A stretch of 22,184 bases of DNA from Candidatus Pacearchaeota archaeon (GTDB taxonomy: Archaea; Nanobdellota; Nanobdellia; Pacearchaeales; GW2011-AR1). A program made the position numbers and the translations under genes. The notes beneath the pieces are model-generated. The model was not told where the DNA came from. It made no database searches and saw nothing but the letters and a program-made list of their open reading frames with translations. Location: positions 1 to 22,184 of the forward strand of contig JACOYJ010000031.1 in the NCBI GenBank assembly GCA_016181885.1, written 5' to 3'. Below are positions 1-7,789 of this stretch, piece by piece. How positions within the stretch are numbered: the stretch's first letter is position 1; every line of letters starts with the position of its first letter.

Positions 1-305
1 TTTTCCTCAAAATCCTCGGCAGGAATTGAGCCAACAAACTGCTCTATTTTCTGCCCATCTTTAAAAAGAACAAAATTAGGTATATGCCTGATTCCATATT
101 TTTGCGCAACGTCGCTTTCTCCATCAATATTTATCTTCCCAAAATTAATCTTGCCATTATATTTTTTAGCAAGCTCCTCAATTATAGGAGTCATCATGAT
201 GCAAGGAGTACACCAATCAGCATAAAAATCTACGAGGACAATCCCCTTTTTTATAAAAGTGGCAAATTCTTTTCCTGATAGTTCAGCAACAAAATCTTCT
301 TTCAT
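1..305 (-). CDS. trxA: Thioredoxin (3' end runs off the left edge of the window)
   Basis: Absent from the ORF track because no stop lies inside the window. The minus-strand ATG at 305-303 opens MKEDFVAELSGKEFATFIKKGIVLVDFYADWCTPCIMMTPIIEELAKKYNGKINFGKINIDGESDVAQKYGIRHIPNFVLFKDGQKIEQFVGSIPAEDFEE. It has a WCxPC redox motif in the usual thioredoxin-fold context. The listed plus-strand ORF 84..278 is its antisense shadow. Confidence 0.85.
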   Translation of the reverse strand, partial: MKEDFVAELSGKEFATFIKKGIVLVDFYADWCTPCIMMTPIIEELAKKYNGKINFGKINIDGESDVAQKYGIRHIPNFVLFKDGQKIEQFVGSIPAEDFEE

Positions 306-436
306 CTTGTCCTCAAGCATTTTCTTTAATCATTATGCAGGTTTATAAAAGTTTTTATTGAGAATGCCGCTCATCTTTTAACACATATTTATTTATAAAA
401 CCACTTTCATTAAAATAAGAAATCAAAGGAGGTCAT

Positions 437-1303
437 ATGCAAACTTATTTAGACATTGTCCGCGAGATTCTAACAAAAGGCCATCGAAAATCCAATAGGA
501 CCGGTGTAGATACTATTGTTATTGATGGCGCGATTTTTAAGCACGACATGCAGGAAGGATTCCCGCTTCTTACAACTAAAAAGATGGCGACGAAATCAAT
601 AAGAGTTGAGCTTGAAGGATTTATCAAAGGAATTACAGATAAGAATTGGTATCAGGAAAGAGGTTGTCATATTTGGGATGAATGGGGGAATCCTCAAACG
701 GCCCCCTACGGCCACGATGAAGAATCGCGTGCAAGAATGAAAGCTGAAAGAGATTTAGGCCCGATTTACGGATGGCAGTGGAGGCATTTTGGAGCAGAAT
801 ACAAAGGCCACGATGCAAATTATTACGGAGAAGGTGTAGATCAATTGGCGAACGTTGTTCACACACTTAAGACAAACCCCCTAGACAGGAGAATGATTGT
901 TTCTGCGTGGAATCCGAACGATTTAGGCAAAATGGCCCTTCCCCCATGCCATTACAGTTTCCAAGTTACCAGCGATGGAGAAAAACTAAATTTATTTTGG
1001 AATCAACGTTCAATAGATACAATGCTTGGCCTTCCATTTAATATCGCGAGCTACGGATTTTTGCTCCATCTTCTTTCAAAAGAGTCTAAGATGAAGGAAG
1101 GCAATCTTGTGGGTTTTTTGGCAGACACTCAAATTTATGTCAACCAAGAGGACGGAGCATGGGAACAGGTTAGAAGATCTCCTTTGGAACTCCCAACAAT
1201 AGAAACACCGGAATTCACATCTATTTTTAACTGGACTCACGATCAAACTAAAATTAACAACTATCAATCACATCCTAAAATAGAATTTCCTTTAGCGATA
1301 TAA
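437..1303 (+). CDS. thyA: Thymidylate synthase ThyA
   Basis: 288 aa. Contains NRTG, FPLLTTKK and the active-site block RRMIVSAWNPNDLGKMALPPCH. An AAGGAGGT Shine-Dalgarno sequence lies at 427-434. Confidence 0.95.
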   Translation: MQTYLDIVREILTKGHRKSNRTGVDTIVIDGAIFKHDMQEGFPLLTTKKMATKSIRVELEGFIKGITDKNWYQERGCHIWDEWGNPQTAPYGHDEESRARMKAERDLGPIYGWQWRHFGAEYKGHDANYYGEGVDQLANVVHTLKTNPLDRRMIVSAWNPNDLGKMALPPCHYSFQVTSDGEKLNLFWNQRSIDTMLGLPFNIASYGFLLHLLSKESKMKEGNLVGFLADTQIYVNQEDGAWEQVRRSPLELPTIETPEFTSIFNWTHDQTKINNYQSHPKIEFPLAI

Positions 1304-1304
1304 A

Positions 1305-1862
1305 ATGACATTAACTTTAATCGCCGCTGTTGCAGATAAGAATGTAATTGGTTATAAAGGCACAATTCCATGGAGACAGACAAAAGCAGATAGGCAGTTT
1401 TACAAAGAAGACATGGAGAGATTCAGACAATTAACGATTGGACATCCAGTAATAATGGGAAGAAAAACCTGGGATTCTTTTGCAGAAAAATACAAGCCGC
1501 TTCCAGAAAGAATAAATATTATTGTAACAAGAGACAAAAATTTTTCCATAGGAAAAATAAATTCATCAGAAAGTGTTATTGTTGTCCATTCAATTGAAGA
1601 AGCTTTGAAGCATGAAGAAGGCCCATCCGGGAGATTTTCATCTAATTTATTTGTTATTGGCGGACAGCAGATTTATGAGCAGACAATTGGAATTGCCAAC
1701 GCAATTGAGCTTACAAGAATCCATGAAGAATTTGAAGGCGATGCATTTTTTCCGGAAATTCGTGAAAACGCATGGAATGTTAGAAAAACACAGCCAAGAG
1801 ATGGCTACACTTTTTTTAGCTATGAAAGGAAAAATGATGAAAATCTGAAAAAAAGTATTTAA
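1305..1862 (+). CDS. folA: Dihydrofolate reductase
   Basis: 185 aa. Contains the DHFR motifs LIAAVADKNVIGYKGTIPW, GRKTWDS and VIGGQQIYEQ. Its ATG lies 1 nt after the thyA stop (TAA-A-ATG at 1301-1307). Confidence 0.9.
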   Translation: MTLTLIAAVADKNVIGYKGTIPWRQTKADRQFYKEDMERFRQLTIGHPVIMGRKTWDSFAEKYKPLPERINIIVTRDKNFSIGKINSSESVIVVHSIEEALKHEEGPSGRFSSNLFVIGGQQIYEQTIGIANAIELTRIHEEFEGDAFFPEIRENAWNVRKTQPRDGYTFFSYERKNDENLKKSI

Positions 1863-1888
1863 ATTAAAATGGCCATAATAAAAACCTG

Positions 1889-2319
1889 TAAAGTAAACCC
1901 GCAATCTTGACATAAAAATTACTCGCTCCTATCGCCGTGTATTTTATTACTAACATTAATAACAAATCTGCGAATGAAATGAACAACCCAGCGCTAAAGC
2001 GCGGGGCATCAAATAAATAAAATGTTAAAACAAATCAATTCAATGTTAAGGAAGAGAGTTATAATATTCCCGCAAAATGCAGTCAAGGAACAATATATTA
2101 TTAAATTAATAATTGCATTTTATCATCAGTAAAATATTGGTGTCTAATTTAGCAAATTTTTACATCATATCCTATTTCAGATTTATCTGGCAGTTGAAAT
2201 AAATATTCATTCACTGGAAATTGTTTCATCTTGCAACTTTATGCTCTTCCATTAAACTCCCTGCGATAATAATGATTAAGAAATTAAATCATGGAATGTT
2301 GAGACATGAACTGGCTTAA
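1889..2319 (+). repeat. Intergenic direct repeat, copy A (about 431 nt), ending in the ATGAACTGGCTTAA mini-ORF start
   Basis: Aligns by eye with 7357-7728 in the same orientation. The first 100 nt or so (taaagtaaacc.gcaatcttgacataaaaattactc...aaatctgcgaatgaaatga) match at roughly nine positions in ten. The last 105 nt or so (gaaattgtttcatcttgcaactttat.ctcttccattaaactccctgcgataataatgattaag.aattaaatcatggaatgttgagacatgaactggcttaa) differ at only about 3 positions. The centre is divergent. Copy A carries about 59 extra nt, including the GC hairpin at 1987-2006. There is no long ORF on either strand. Confidence 0.8.
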
Positions 2320-2340
2320 CAAAACCCCAGAAGATTTAAA

Positions 2341-3579
2341 TTAAGCTTTTAATATTTTTTTTGCTTTGTGGAGTGAGTTGATGAATATATCTATTTCATC
2401 TTCTGAATTATAAACATAAAAACTGGCTCTGGCTGTTGCCGATACTCCAAGTTTAGCAGTTAACACCTGCGCGCAGTGATGTCCGGACCTGATTGCAATG
2501 CCATCCCTATCCAATAAAACAGCAAGATCGTGCGGATGCGCATTTTCAAAATTAAAAGATATAATCCCGCCCTTATTATCAATGTTTTTAGTCCCGTAAA
2601 TATGTAATTCTTTTATGTCCGCCATGCGCTCCAAAGCATATTTTGTAATCTCTTTTTCATGGTTTCTTACATTTTGCATTCCTATCTCGTTTAAATAGTC
2701 GATTGCAGCGCCGTAGCCTATAACATCGGCAATATTCGACGTGCCAGCCTCATACTTCCAAGGAAGATCGTTCCATGCAGTTTTGTACTTTTGCACTTCT
2801 TTTATCATGTCCCCGCCCGATATAAAAGGCGCCATATTTTCAAGATAATGTTTTTTCGCGTAAAGCACCCCAACTCCAGTAGGACCGAGCATTTTGTGCG
2901 CAGAAAATGCCATGAAGTCGCAGTTTAATTTCCGTACGTCAACTGGAAGATGCGGAACAGATTGCGCGCCGTCGACCATGACAGGTATCTCTTTTTCGTG
3001 GCAAGTTTTTATTATTTCTTCCAGCGGAGTTATAGTTCCGAGCAAGTTTGACATATGTGCGACAGACACCAGCTTTACTCTCCCAATATTCAAGATTTCA
3101 AGAAGATCGTCGATTACAATTCCACTGTCATCTACTCTTACATATTTTAATTCAGCATTTTTTTCCTGAGCCAATAATTGCCATGGAACTAAATTGCTAT
3201 GGTGCTCAAGTTCTGTTATGACTATTTTATCATTCTCCATTACATTCTTCTTTCCCCAAGCATATGCAACTAAGTTTATGGCCTCTGTTGCGTTTCTGAC
3301 AAAGATTATTTCTTCTCTACTTCCATTTATGAAGCTCGCAACTTTGTCTCTGGCGCTTTCGTAGGCAGCTGTCGCTTCTTCAGCCAATTGATAAACTGCC
3401 CGATGAACATTTGCATTATATTGCATGTAATAATTGCATATTGCGTTTATTACCGGCTTCGGTTTCTGCGTTGTTGCAGCATTGTCCAGGTAAATTAATT
3501 GTTTTCCATCGCGGACTTTTCTATTAAGAATCTGGAAATCTTCCCTGATTTTTGCGACATTTATATGGCTGTCTTTCAT
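2341..3579 (-). CDS. sufS: Cysteine desulfurase, SufS/CsdA-type class V aminotransferase
   Basis: 412 aa. The PLP-lysine block SAHKMLGPTGVGVLY and the catalytic-cysteine block RSGHHCAQ are typical of group II (SufS) desulfurases. Confidence 0.88.
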   Translation of the reverse strand: MKDSHINVAKIREDFQILNRKVRDGKQLIYLDNAATTQKPKPVINAICNYYMQYNANVHRAVYQLAEEATAAYESARDKVASFINGSREEIIFVRNATEAINLVAYAWGKKNVMENDKIVITELEHHSNLVPWQLLAQEKNAELKYVRVDDSGIVIDDLLEILNIGRVKLVSVAHMSNLLGTITPLEEIIKTCHEKEIPVMVDGAQSVPHLPVDVRKLNCDFMAFSAHKMLGPTGVGVLYAKKHYLENMAPFISGGDMIKEVQKYKTAWNDLPWKYEAGTSNIADVIGYGAAIDYLNEIGMQNVRNHEKEITKYALERMADIKELHIYGTKNIDNKGGIISFNFENAHPHDLAVLLDRDGIAIRSGHHCAQVLTAKLGVSATARASFYVYNSEDEIDIFINSLHKAKKILKA

Positions 3580-3605
3580 TTTAAATTAATTGTCTTTTTT
3601 AAGGT

Positions 3606-4604
3606 TTATTGGTTTAGATAATTCTCTATTTCTTCATTGACGAATTCAATTCCTATCCCAGCCTGTGCCAAAAGTTCTTCAGATTCTTTTCCGGCATGAT
3701 ACTTTTTTTCGCAGATGACTTTCTTTATTCCGGCGTTTATTATCATCTTAGCGCATGTTGAACACGGCGTCATCTTGCAGTAAAGAGTTCCTCCGCCTAT
3801 AGAAATGCCGTTTTTTGCCGCCTGACATATTGCATTCTGTTCGGCATGGGTTGTTCTTACACAATGCTGCGTTCTTGTTCCGTCTTCATGAACAATGGTT
3901 TTCATCTGATGCCCAACTTCGTCGCAGTGCGGAATTCCTATAGGGCTTCCGACATATCCTGTTACTAAAAGCCTCTTGTCTTTAGTTATAACACAGCCGC
4001 TTCTTCCCCTATCGCAAGTAGCTCTCTTTGCAACAGCTCTGCAAATCTCCGTAAAATATTCATCCCAGCTTGGCCTTTTTCCCCCGCTTTCAAGTTTCCC
4101 AACTATTTCATAAATTATTGTTTTAAGCTCTTCAATTGTCCCCTCATTAATTATTTTAAAATCAGCTTTATCCGCGCATTCTGAAATTTTCTCTTTATTT
4201 TCAGACTCAAGGAATTCATCCAAACTTATTATCCGCTCTTTTTCTTTGTTCATCGCCCTTTCGTATCTTATATGCGCCGCAGCGTCAAGCGAGATTACAA
4301 AGCATTCTTCTTTGCTTTTCAGTGCTTCAATCTCCTCAATGCAGTTAAGGCTTTCAATTACGCTTTTTTTCTCTGTTTTTTTCGCAAGTTCGTAAAGCGT
4401 TTCTATAATATATTCCTTCCCATTTTCAGCTTGAAACTCCGTGTAGATTTTATTGAGATTGTCTTTATCCGCAACAAGCCCTCTTTTTTTTAGCTCCTGT
4501 GTTAAAAAATATTCAACAGAATAATGCTGAAATCCTTTTTGTATAAGAAAATCAGCCACAGTTCCTTTTCCCGCAGCCGCGCTTCCGGTAAGCCCTATAA
4601 TCAT
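3606..4604 (-). CDS. Fusion protein: N-terminal NMP-kinase-like P-loop domain plus C-terminal dCMP (deoxycytidylate) deaminase
   Basis: 332 aa. The N-terminus MIIGLTGSAAAGKGT carries a GxxxxGKGT P-loop of the adenylate/cytidylate kinase type. The C-terminal half carries the zinc motifs HAEQNAI and PCSTCAKMI (HAE...PCxxC) of the ComEB/dCMP deaminase family. A TATA-like ATAAATATAAAT lies about 27 nt upstream of the ATG on the minus strand. Confidence 0.8.
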   Translation of the reverse strand: MIIGLTGSAAAGKGTVADFLIQKGFQHYSVEYFLTQELKKRGLVADKDNLNKIYTEFQAENGKEYIIETLYELAKKTEKKSVIESLNCIEEIEALKSKEECFVISLDAAAHIRYERAMNKEKERIISLDEFLESENKEKISECADKADFKIINEGTIEELKTIIYEIVGKLESGGKRPSWDEYFTEICRAVAKRATCDRGRSGCVITKDKRLLVTGYVGSPIGIPHCDEVGHQMKTIVHEDGTRTQHCVRTTHAEQNAICQAAKNGISIGGGTLYCKMTPCSTCAKMIINAGIKKVICEKKYHAGKESEELLAQAGIGIEFVNEEIENYLNQ

Positions 4605-4705
4605 TATTTGTCGAGGAAAGAGGGATTTATATTTATTATTAAGAAGAAATATATGTTGAAAAATAATGAATAAATGCTTAAATAATGGAAATTTTTATTT
4701 AAAAC

Positions 4706-5173
4706 ATGAAGCTTGATGATATTCTTAAAAACGGAGATATAAGGGTAAAGCTTTATGAAACAAGAGAAATCTGGTTTAATCTATATGATAATCATCCTAT
4801 AATGGGGTCGAGTTCTTATTCTTACGGCTCTGATACGATTCATAGGGTTTTTATAAGCCGTGCTAAAGCTATTTCAGAAGCTAAAGCTTTTGAGGACAAT
4901 TTAAGAAATAATGTGGAAAGCTTGGATAAGTTTGATAAAATGAGGGTTGCAGAACAGCATGGAGTTAATTGTAACGAGGATTATAGATTCAGGGTAGCTG
5001 TTTTTGAATACGACATTCCAATTAAAGATTTAGTTGAAAAAGACGGGGAAATATATTTTGCAAGGAGCCCTTTCTTGTTTTATATGCCCGAGAACATTTC
5101 TAATATTGACAACTCAATATTTAATAAAATCAAGTTTACACCAGCCTATGCAGTAGAGCATAAGATTGAATGA
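4706..5173 (+). CDS. Hypothetical protein (155 aa)
   Basis: Clean ORF in an otherwise unoccupied interval. I recognise no motif. Confidence 0.5.
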   Translation: MKLDDILKNGDIRVKLYETREIWFNLYDNHPIMGSSSYSYGSDTIHRVFISRAKAISEAKAFEDNLRNNVESLDKFDKMRVAEQHGVNCNEDYRFRVAVFEYDIPIKDLVEKDGEIYFARSPFLFYMPENISNIDNSIFNKIKFTPAYAVEHKIE

Positions 5174-5281
5174 TTTATTTAAATAATCAATTTGTTTGGC
5201 TAAGCTTGGATGAATAATCAAAAACATCTTATGCCTTTGAAACATAATAATTATTAAAAACGCTATTTTATTATCCTATTC

Positions 5282-5944
5282 ATGGCTTTTAGCATATCCC
5301 CAACAGATCTAAACCTAATGGAAGACTGCTCCAGATGCTTCTGGCTTGATAAACACCATATTTGGAATCGTTCCAGGGGGATATTTTCAAGCCTGCCTTC
5401 TGGCATGGACAAAATCATAAAAGCGCACTTTGATGTTTTTAGGAGGCGTGGTGAACTTCCGCCGGAATTGGCAAGGGAGCAGGCTTGCAGCGGAATGTTC
5501 CTGTTTAATGAAAACGATATATTAAAAAAATGGCAAAACAACTTTAATGGAATTTCTTATGTAGATCCGAAGGGAAATAGGTTTAGAGGCGCTGTTGATA
5601 ATCTGCTGGTTAATAGCGAAAATCTGGTAGTTTTAGATTATAAGACAAGGGGCTTTCCATTAAAATCGGATTCAGCAAGCTATTATCAGCTTCAGCTTGA
5701 TTCCTACAATTATTTGCTGAGAAAAAATGGGCGCAAAACAGAAAATTACTCATTCTTGCTATTTTATATTCCAAGCAGCGTTGACGAAGTGGGAAAGTTT
5801 ATCTTTAATACAACTTTGATAAAATTAGAGACCGATCCTAAAAGAGCTGAGAATAAGTGGGCAGAATCTTTGGTTTTGCTGAACAGCGCATGTCCTGAAA
5901 AAGAATGCGGCCATTGTGAGGGAAGAGGCAATAAATTAAAATGA
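5282..5944 (+). CDS. PD-(D/E)XK nuclease, Cas4-like, with a probable 4-Cys Fe-S cluster
   Basis: 220 aa. Has an N-terminal Cys motif EDCSRCFWL (compare CPR.aw in Cas4), an Asp in GAVDNLLV, a D-x-K in VVLDYKTRG, a QxxxY motif in YYQLQLDSYNYLL, and a C-terminal Cys triad CPEKECGHCEG. No CRISPR array or other cas gene lies in the window. Confidence 0.65.
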   Translation: MAFSISPTDLNLMEDCSRCFWLDKHHIWNRSRGIFSSLPSGMDKIIKAHFDVFRRRGELPPELAREQACSGMFLFNENDILKKWQNNFNGISYVDPKGNRFRGAVDNLLVNSENLVVLDYKTRGFPLKSDSASYYQLQLDSYNYLLRKNGRKTENYSFLLFYIPSSVDEVGKFIFNTTLIKLETDPKRAENKWAESLVLLNSACPEKECGHCEGRGNKLK

Positions 5945-6804
5945 AAAACCCGCAAAATTTTGTTTCAGTAAGCGGGGTATCTTCTATTGAACAGCTTGAG
6001 GAAATCGGGAATTTTTGCAGGCTTGAGAAATTTAATTCTCCAGTAGTTATTGGATATCAATTCTCAAACAAAAGCATAAATCAGGGAACTCATAATCCGA
6101 GGCAGCCAAGGATTAGTCATTTGAGGGAAATTACTGAAAAAACCTTGGATTACGGGCTAATTACAGCCTTTCATTATTATACGAAAGACAATTTAACTAT
6201 CGTGGGGGATTTGGAGAAGCTAGTGTCTTTAAGCGGCGCTAATCCGGAAAAAACACTTGTGCAGTTAAACACTCTTCCAGCAAATGTAAAAACATTGAAA
6301 CAGATTAAACAAATAGGATTTAAAACAATATTCAAAGTCGCTGTTTCAGATAAAAGTTCTGAAGGCTACGCTATTTGGAAAGGCCATGAAGTTCAGGATT
6401 TTCATTTTGGCGATATTTCTGCGTTAATTGGCCAGGTTTATGAAAGAAAAGCTTTTATTGATTATGTTCTTTTTGACCCAAGCCATGGCGTTGGTTTAGA
6501 TTTGAATTTGTCGCCGGGAAGTTTAGCCGTTAGGTTTGGAAAAGAGATATCTCAAAGATTTAAAAATTTAGGCTTAGTTTATGCGGGAGGAATCGGCCCA
6601 AATAATGCAGCAGAAACAATCACTTTCCTATTAAATTATTTCCCGCAGGGATTTAGCATTGACGCTGAAAGCGGGTTAAGGAATATTGTAAAAAACAACA
6701 GTGGAAAAACTTTGGATGAGCTAGACTTAAATTCTGTCAAAAAGTATCTTATGAGCGTGCATGATGGGTTAAAAATGCAGAGCAAATCTGCAGCCCAGAA
6801 ATAA
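5941..6804 (+). CDS. TIM-barrel protein distantly resembling phosphoribosylanthranilate isomerase (TrpF-like)
   Basis: 287 aa. The TrpF-like pattern runs FVSVSGVSSIEQLEEI (compare vKiCGit..ed), DYVLFDPSHGVGLDL (compare D..LlDs..GGtG..fdw), YAGGIGPNNAAETI (compare LAGGL.peNv.eAi) and GFSIDAESGL (compare GvDvsSGvE). It is larger than a canonical TrpF. The start overlaps the stop of the upstream nuclease gene (ATGA at 5941-5944). Confidence 0.5.
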   Translation: MKNPQNFVSVSGVSSIEQLEEIGNFCRLEKFNSPVVIGYQFSNKSINQGTHNPRQPRISHLREITEKTLDYGLITAFHYYTKDNLTIVGDLEKLVSLSGANPEKTLVQLNTLPANVKTLKQIKQIGFKTIFKVAVSDKSSEGYAIWKGHEVQDFHFGDISALIGQVYERKAFIDYVLFDPSHGVGLDLNLSPGSLAVRFGKEISQRFKNLGLVYAGGIGPNNAAETITFLLNYFPQGFSIDAESGLRNIVKNNSGKTLDELDLNSVKKYLMSVHDGLKMQSKSAAQK

Positions 6805-6900
6805 AAAACCTTCCGCTATTATCATTATCCCATTTATTTTTAATAGTTAATAGAAAATATATGAATGAAAGAATCAGTTAATTCTGTTCATTATCTGAAA

Positions 6901-6948
6901 ATCATTAAATGGATGAAACTATGAGCGTTAATTTATGAACTGGCTTAA
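6901..6948 (+). repeat. Partial third copy of the 3' end of the intergenic repeat
   Basis: atcattaaatggatgaaactatgagcgttaatttATGAACTGGCTTAA resembles the terminal aattaaatcatggaatgttgagacATGAACTGGCTTAA of copies A and B. The final 14-mer is identical. Confidence 0.55.
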
Positions 6949-6986
6949 AAAGAAAAAATTAAATACTTCCAAAACCTGTTAAATTA

Positions 6987-7217
6987 ATGAAAAAGGGGAA
7001 TGCCAGTTTTGGCGGTTTTATTGGGGGATTGGCCGGTTTTTTAGTGGGAATATTTATTCCAGTTGGCGGTGAGCTCAACGGCTCTTTCTTTACAAGAGTG
7101 ACTCAAAGGCTGATAGAAGCAGACACAACAGGATTTATTGTCTCGCTGATTTATGTAGTGATTGGAATATGCTTAGGGTACTCTATTGGCGCAGTTATCG
7201 CCCATTTTAAGAGCTAA
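6987..7217 (+). CDS. Small Gly-rich membrane protein (76 aa, two predicted TM segments)
   Basis: The hydrophobic stretches GGFIGGLAGFLVGIFIPVGG and FIVSLIYVVIGICLGYSIGAVIA suggest two TM segments. I cannot assign a family. Confidence 0.55.
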   Translation: MKKGNASFGGFIGGLAGFLVGIFIPVGGELNGSFFTRVTQRLIEADTTGFIVSLIYVVIGICLGYSIGAVIAHFKS

Positions 7218-7218
7218 A

Positions 7219-7353
7219 ATGAAATCTCCAAAAGTCGTTTTATTTTCAATGATTGCCCTTGGTTTTTTGGCCTTAACCTTTCTTGTCAGCTGGCTTTTTA
7301 TTATTGGCGCAGTTATTTTGGTGTTATTGAATCAGCGTGAATTGAATAAATAA
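7219..7353 (+). CDS. Small membrane protein (44 aa), below the ORF-track cutoff
   Basis: Own translation: MKSPKVVLFSMIALGFLALTFLVSWLFIIGAVILVLLNQRELNK. Its ATG lies 1 nt after the stop of the preceding gene (TAA-A-ATG at 7215-7221). It has two hydrophobic segments. Confidence 0.45.
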   Translation: MKSPKVVLFSMIALGFLALTFLVSWLFIIGAVILVLLNQRELNK

Positions 7354-7356
7354 CTA

Positions 7357-7728
7357 TAAAGTAAACCAGCAATCTTGACATAAAAATTACTCACTCATGT
7401 CATCGTGCATTTTATTATTAACATTAATGGCAAATCTGCGAATGAAATGAGCAGTTACGGCAAAGGACATTAATATTCCCGCAAAATGCAATCCATGAAC
7501 AATAGATTATTAAACTAATAATTGCATCTTATTCTAAATAAAATAACGGCGTCTAACATAATGGATTTTTATTAATATTCAATTTTTAGTTTTATTTGAT
7601 AATTAAGGTAAATGTTTATCTAAGGAAAATTGTTTCATCTTGCAACTTTATACTCTTCCATTAAACTCCCTGCGATAATAATGATTAAGGAATTAAATCA
7701 TGGAATGTTGAGACATGAACTGGCTTAA
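7357..7728 (+). repeat. Intergenic direct repeat, copy B (about 372 nt)
   Basis: See copy A. It has the same orientation and the same conserved ends. Its terminal ATGAACTGGCTTAA opens a 22-codon mini-ORF (7715-7783) that stops 6 nt before the ATG of the 7790 gene. Confidence 0.8.
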
Positions 7729-7789
7729 TAAACCGAAAAGCCTTAAAAGGCATTTGTTTCTTATAGCTTTGAAAGAGGCTTAATTAAAA

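Noticed and set aside
445-866. Antisense or overlapping track ORFs:
- 84..278 (+)
- 445..627 (-) and 633..866 (-)
- 1076..1267 (-)
- 1612..1848 (+) and 1647..1913 (-)
- 2894..3169 (+)
- 4272..4493 (+)
- 5263..5541 (-) and 5764..5955 (-)
- 8122..8313 (-)
- 9501..9845 (-) and 9538..9759 (-)
- 12322..12534 (+)
- 14038..14277 (-), 14463..14684 (-), 15192..15395 (-), 15361..15579 (-), 15696..15884 (-) and 15924..16223 (-)
- 17205..17420 (+)
- 19815..20024 (+)
   Set aside because: Each lies inside, or mostly inside, a longer ORF with clear family motifs on the other strand or in another frame. Their translations are low-complexity or hydrophobic noise. I treat them as shadow ORFs.
1889-2319. The 370-430 bp repeat as an IS element or MITE.
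   Set aside because: There is no transposase ORF. The terminal inverted repeats are unconvincing (only a weak resemblance between gtaaacccgcaatcttgacat and the reverse complement of the right end). I see no target-site duplication at either copy. I kept it as an unclassified repeat.
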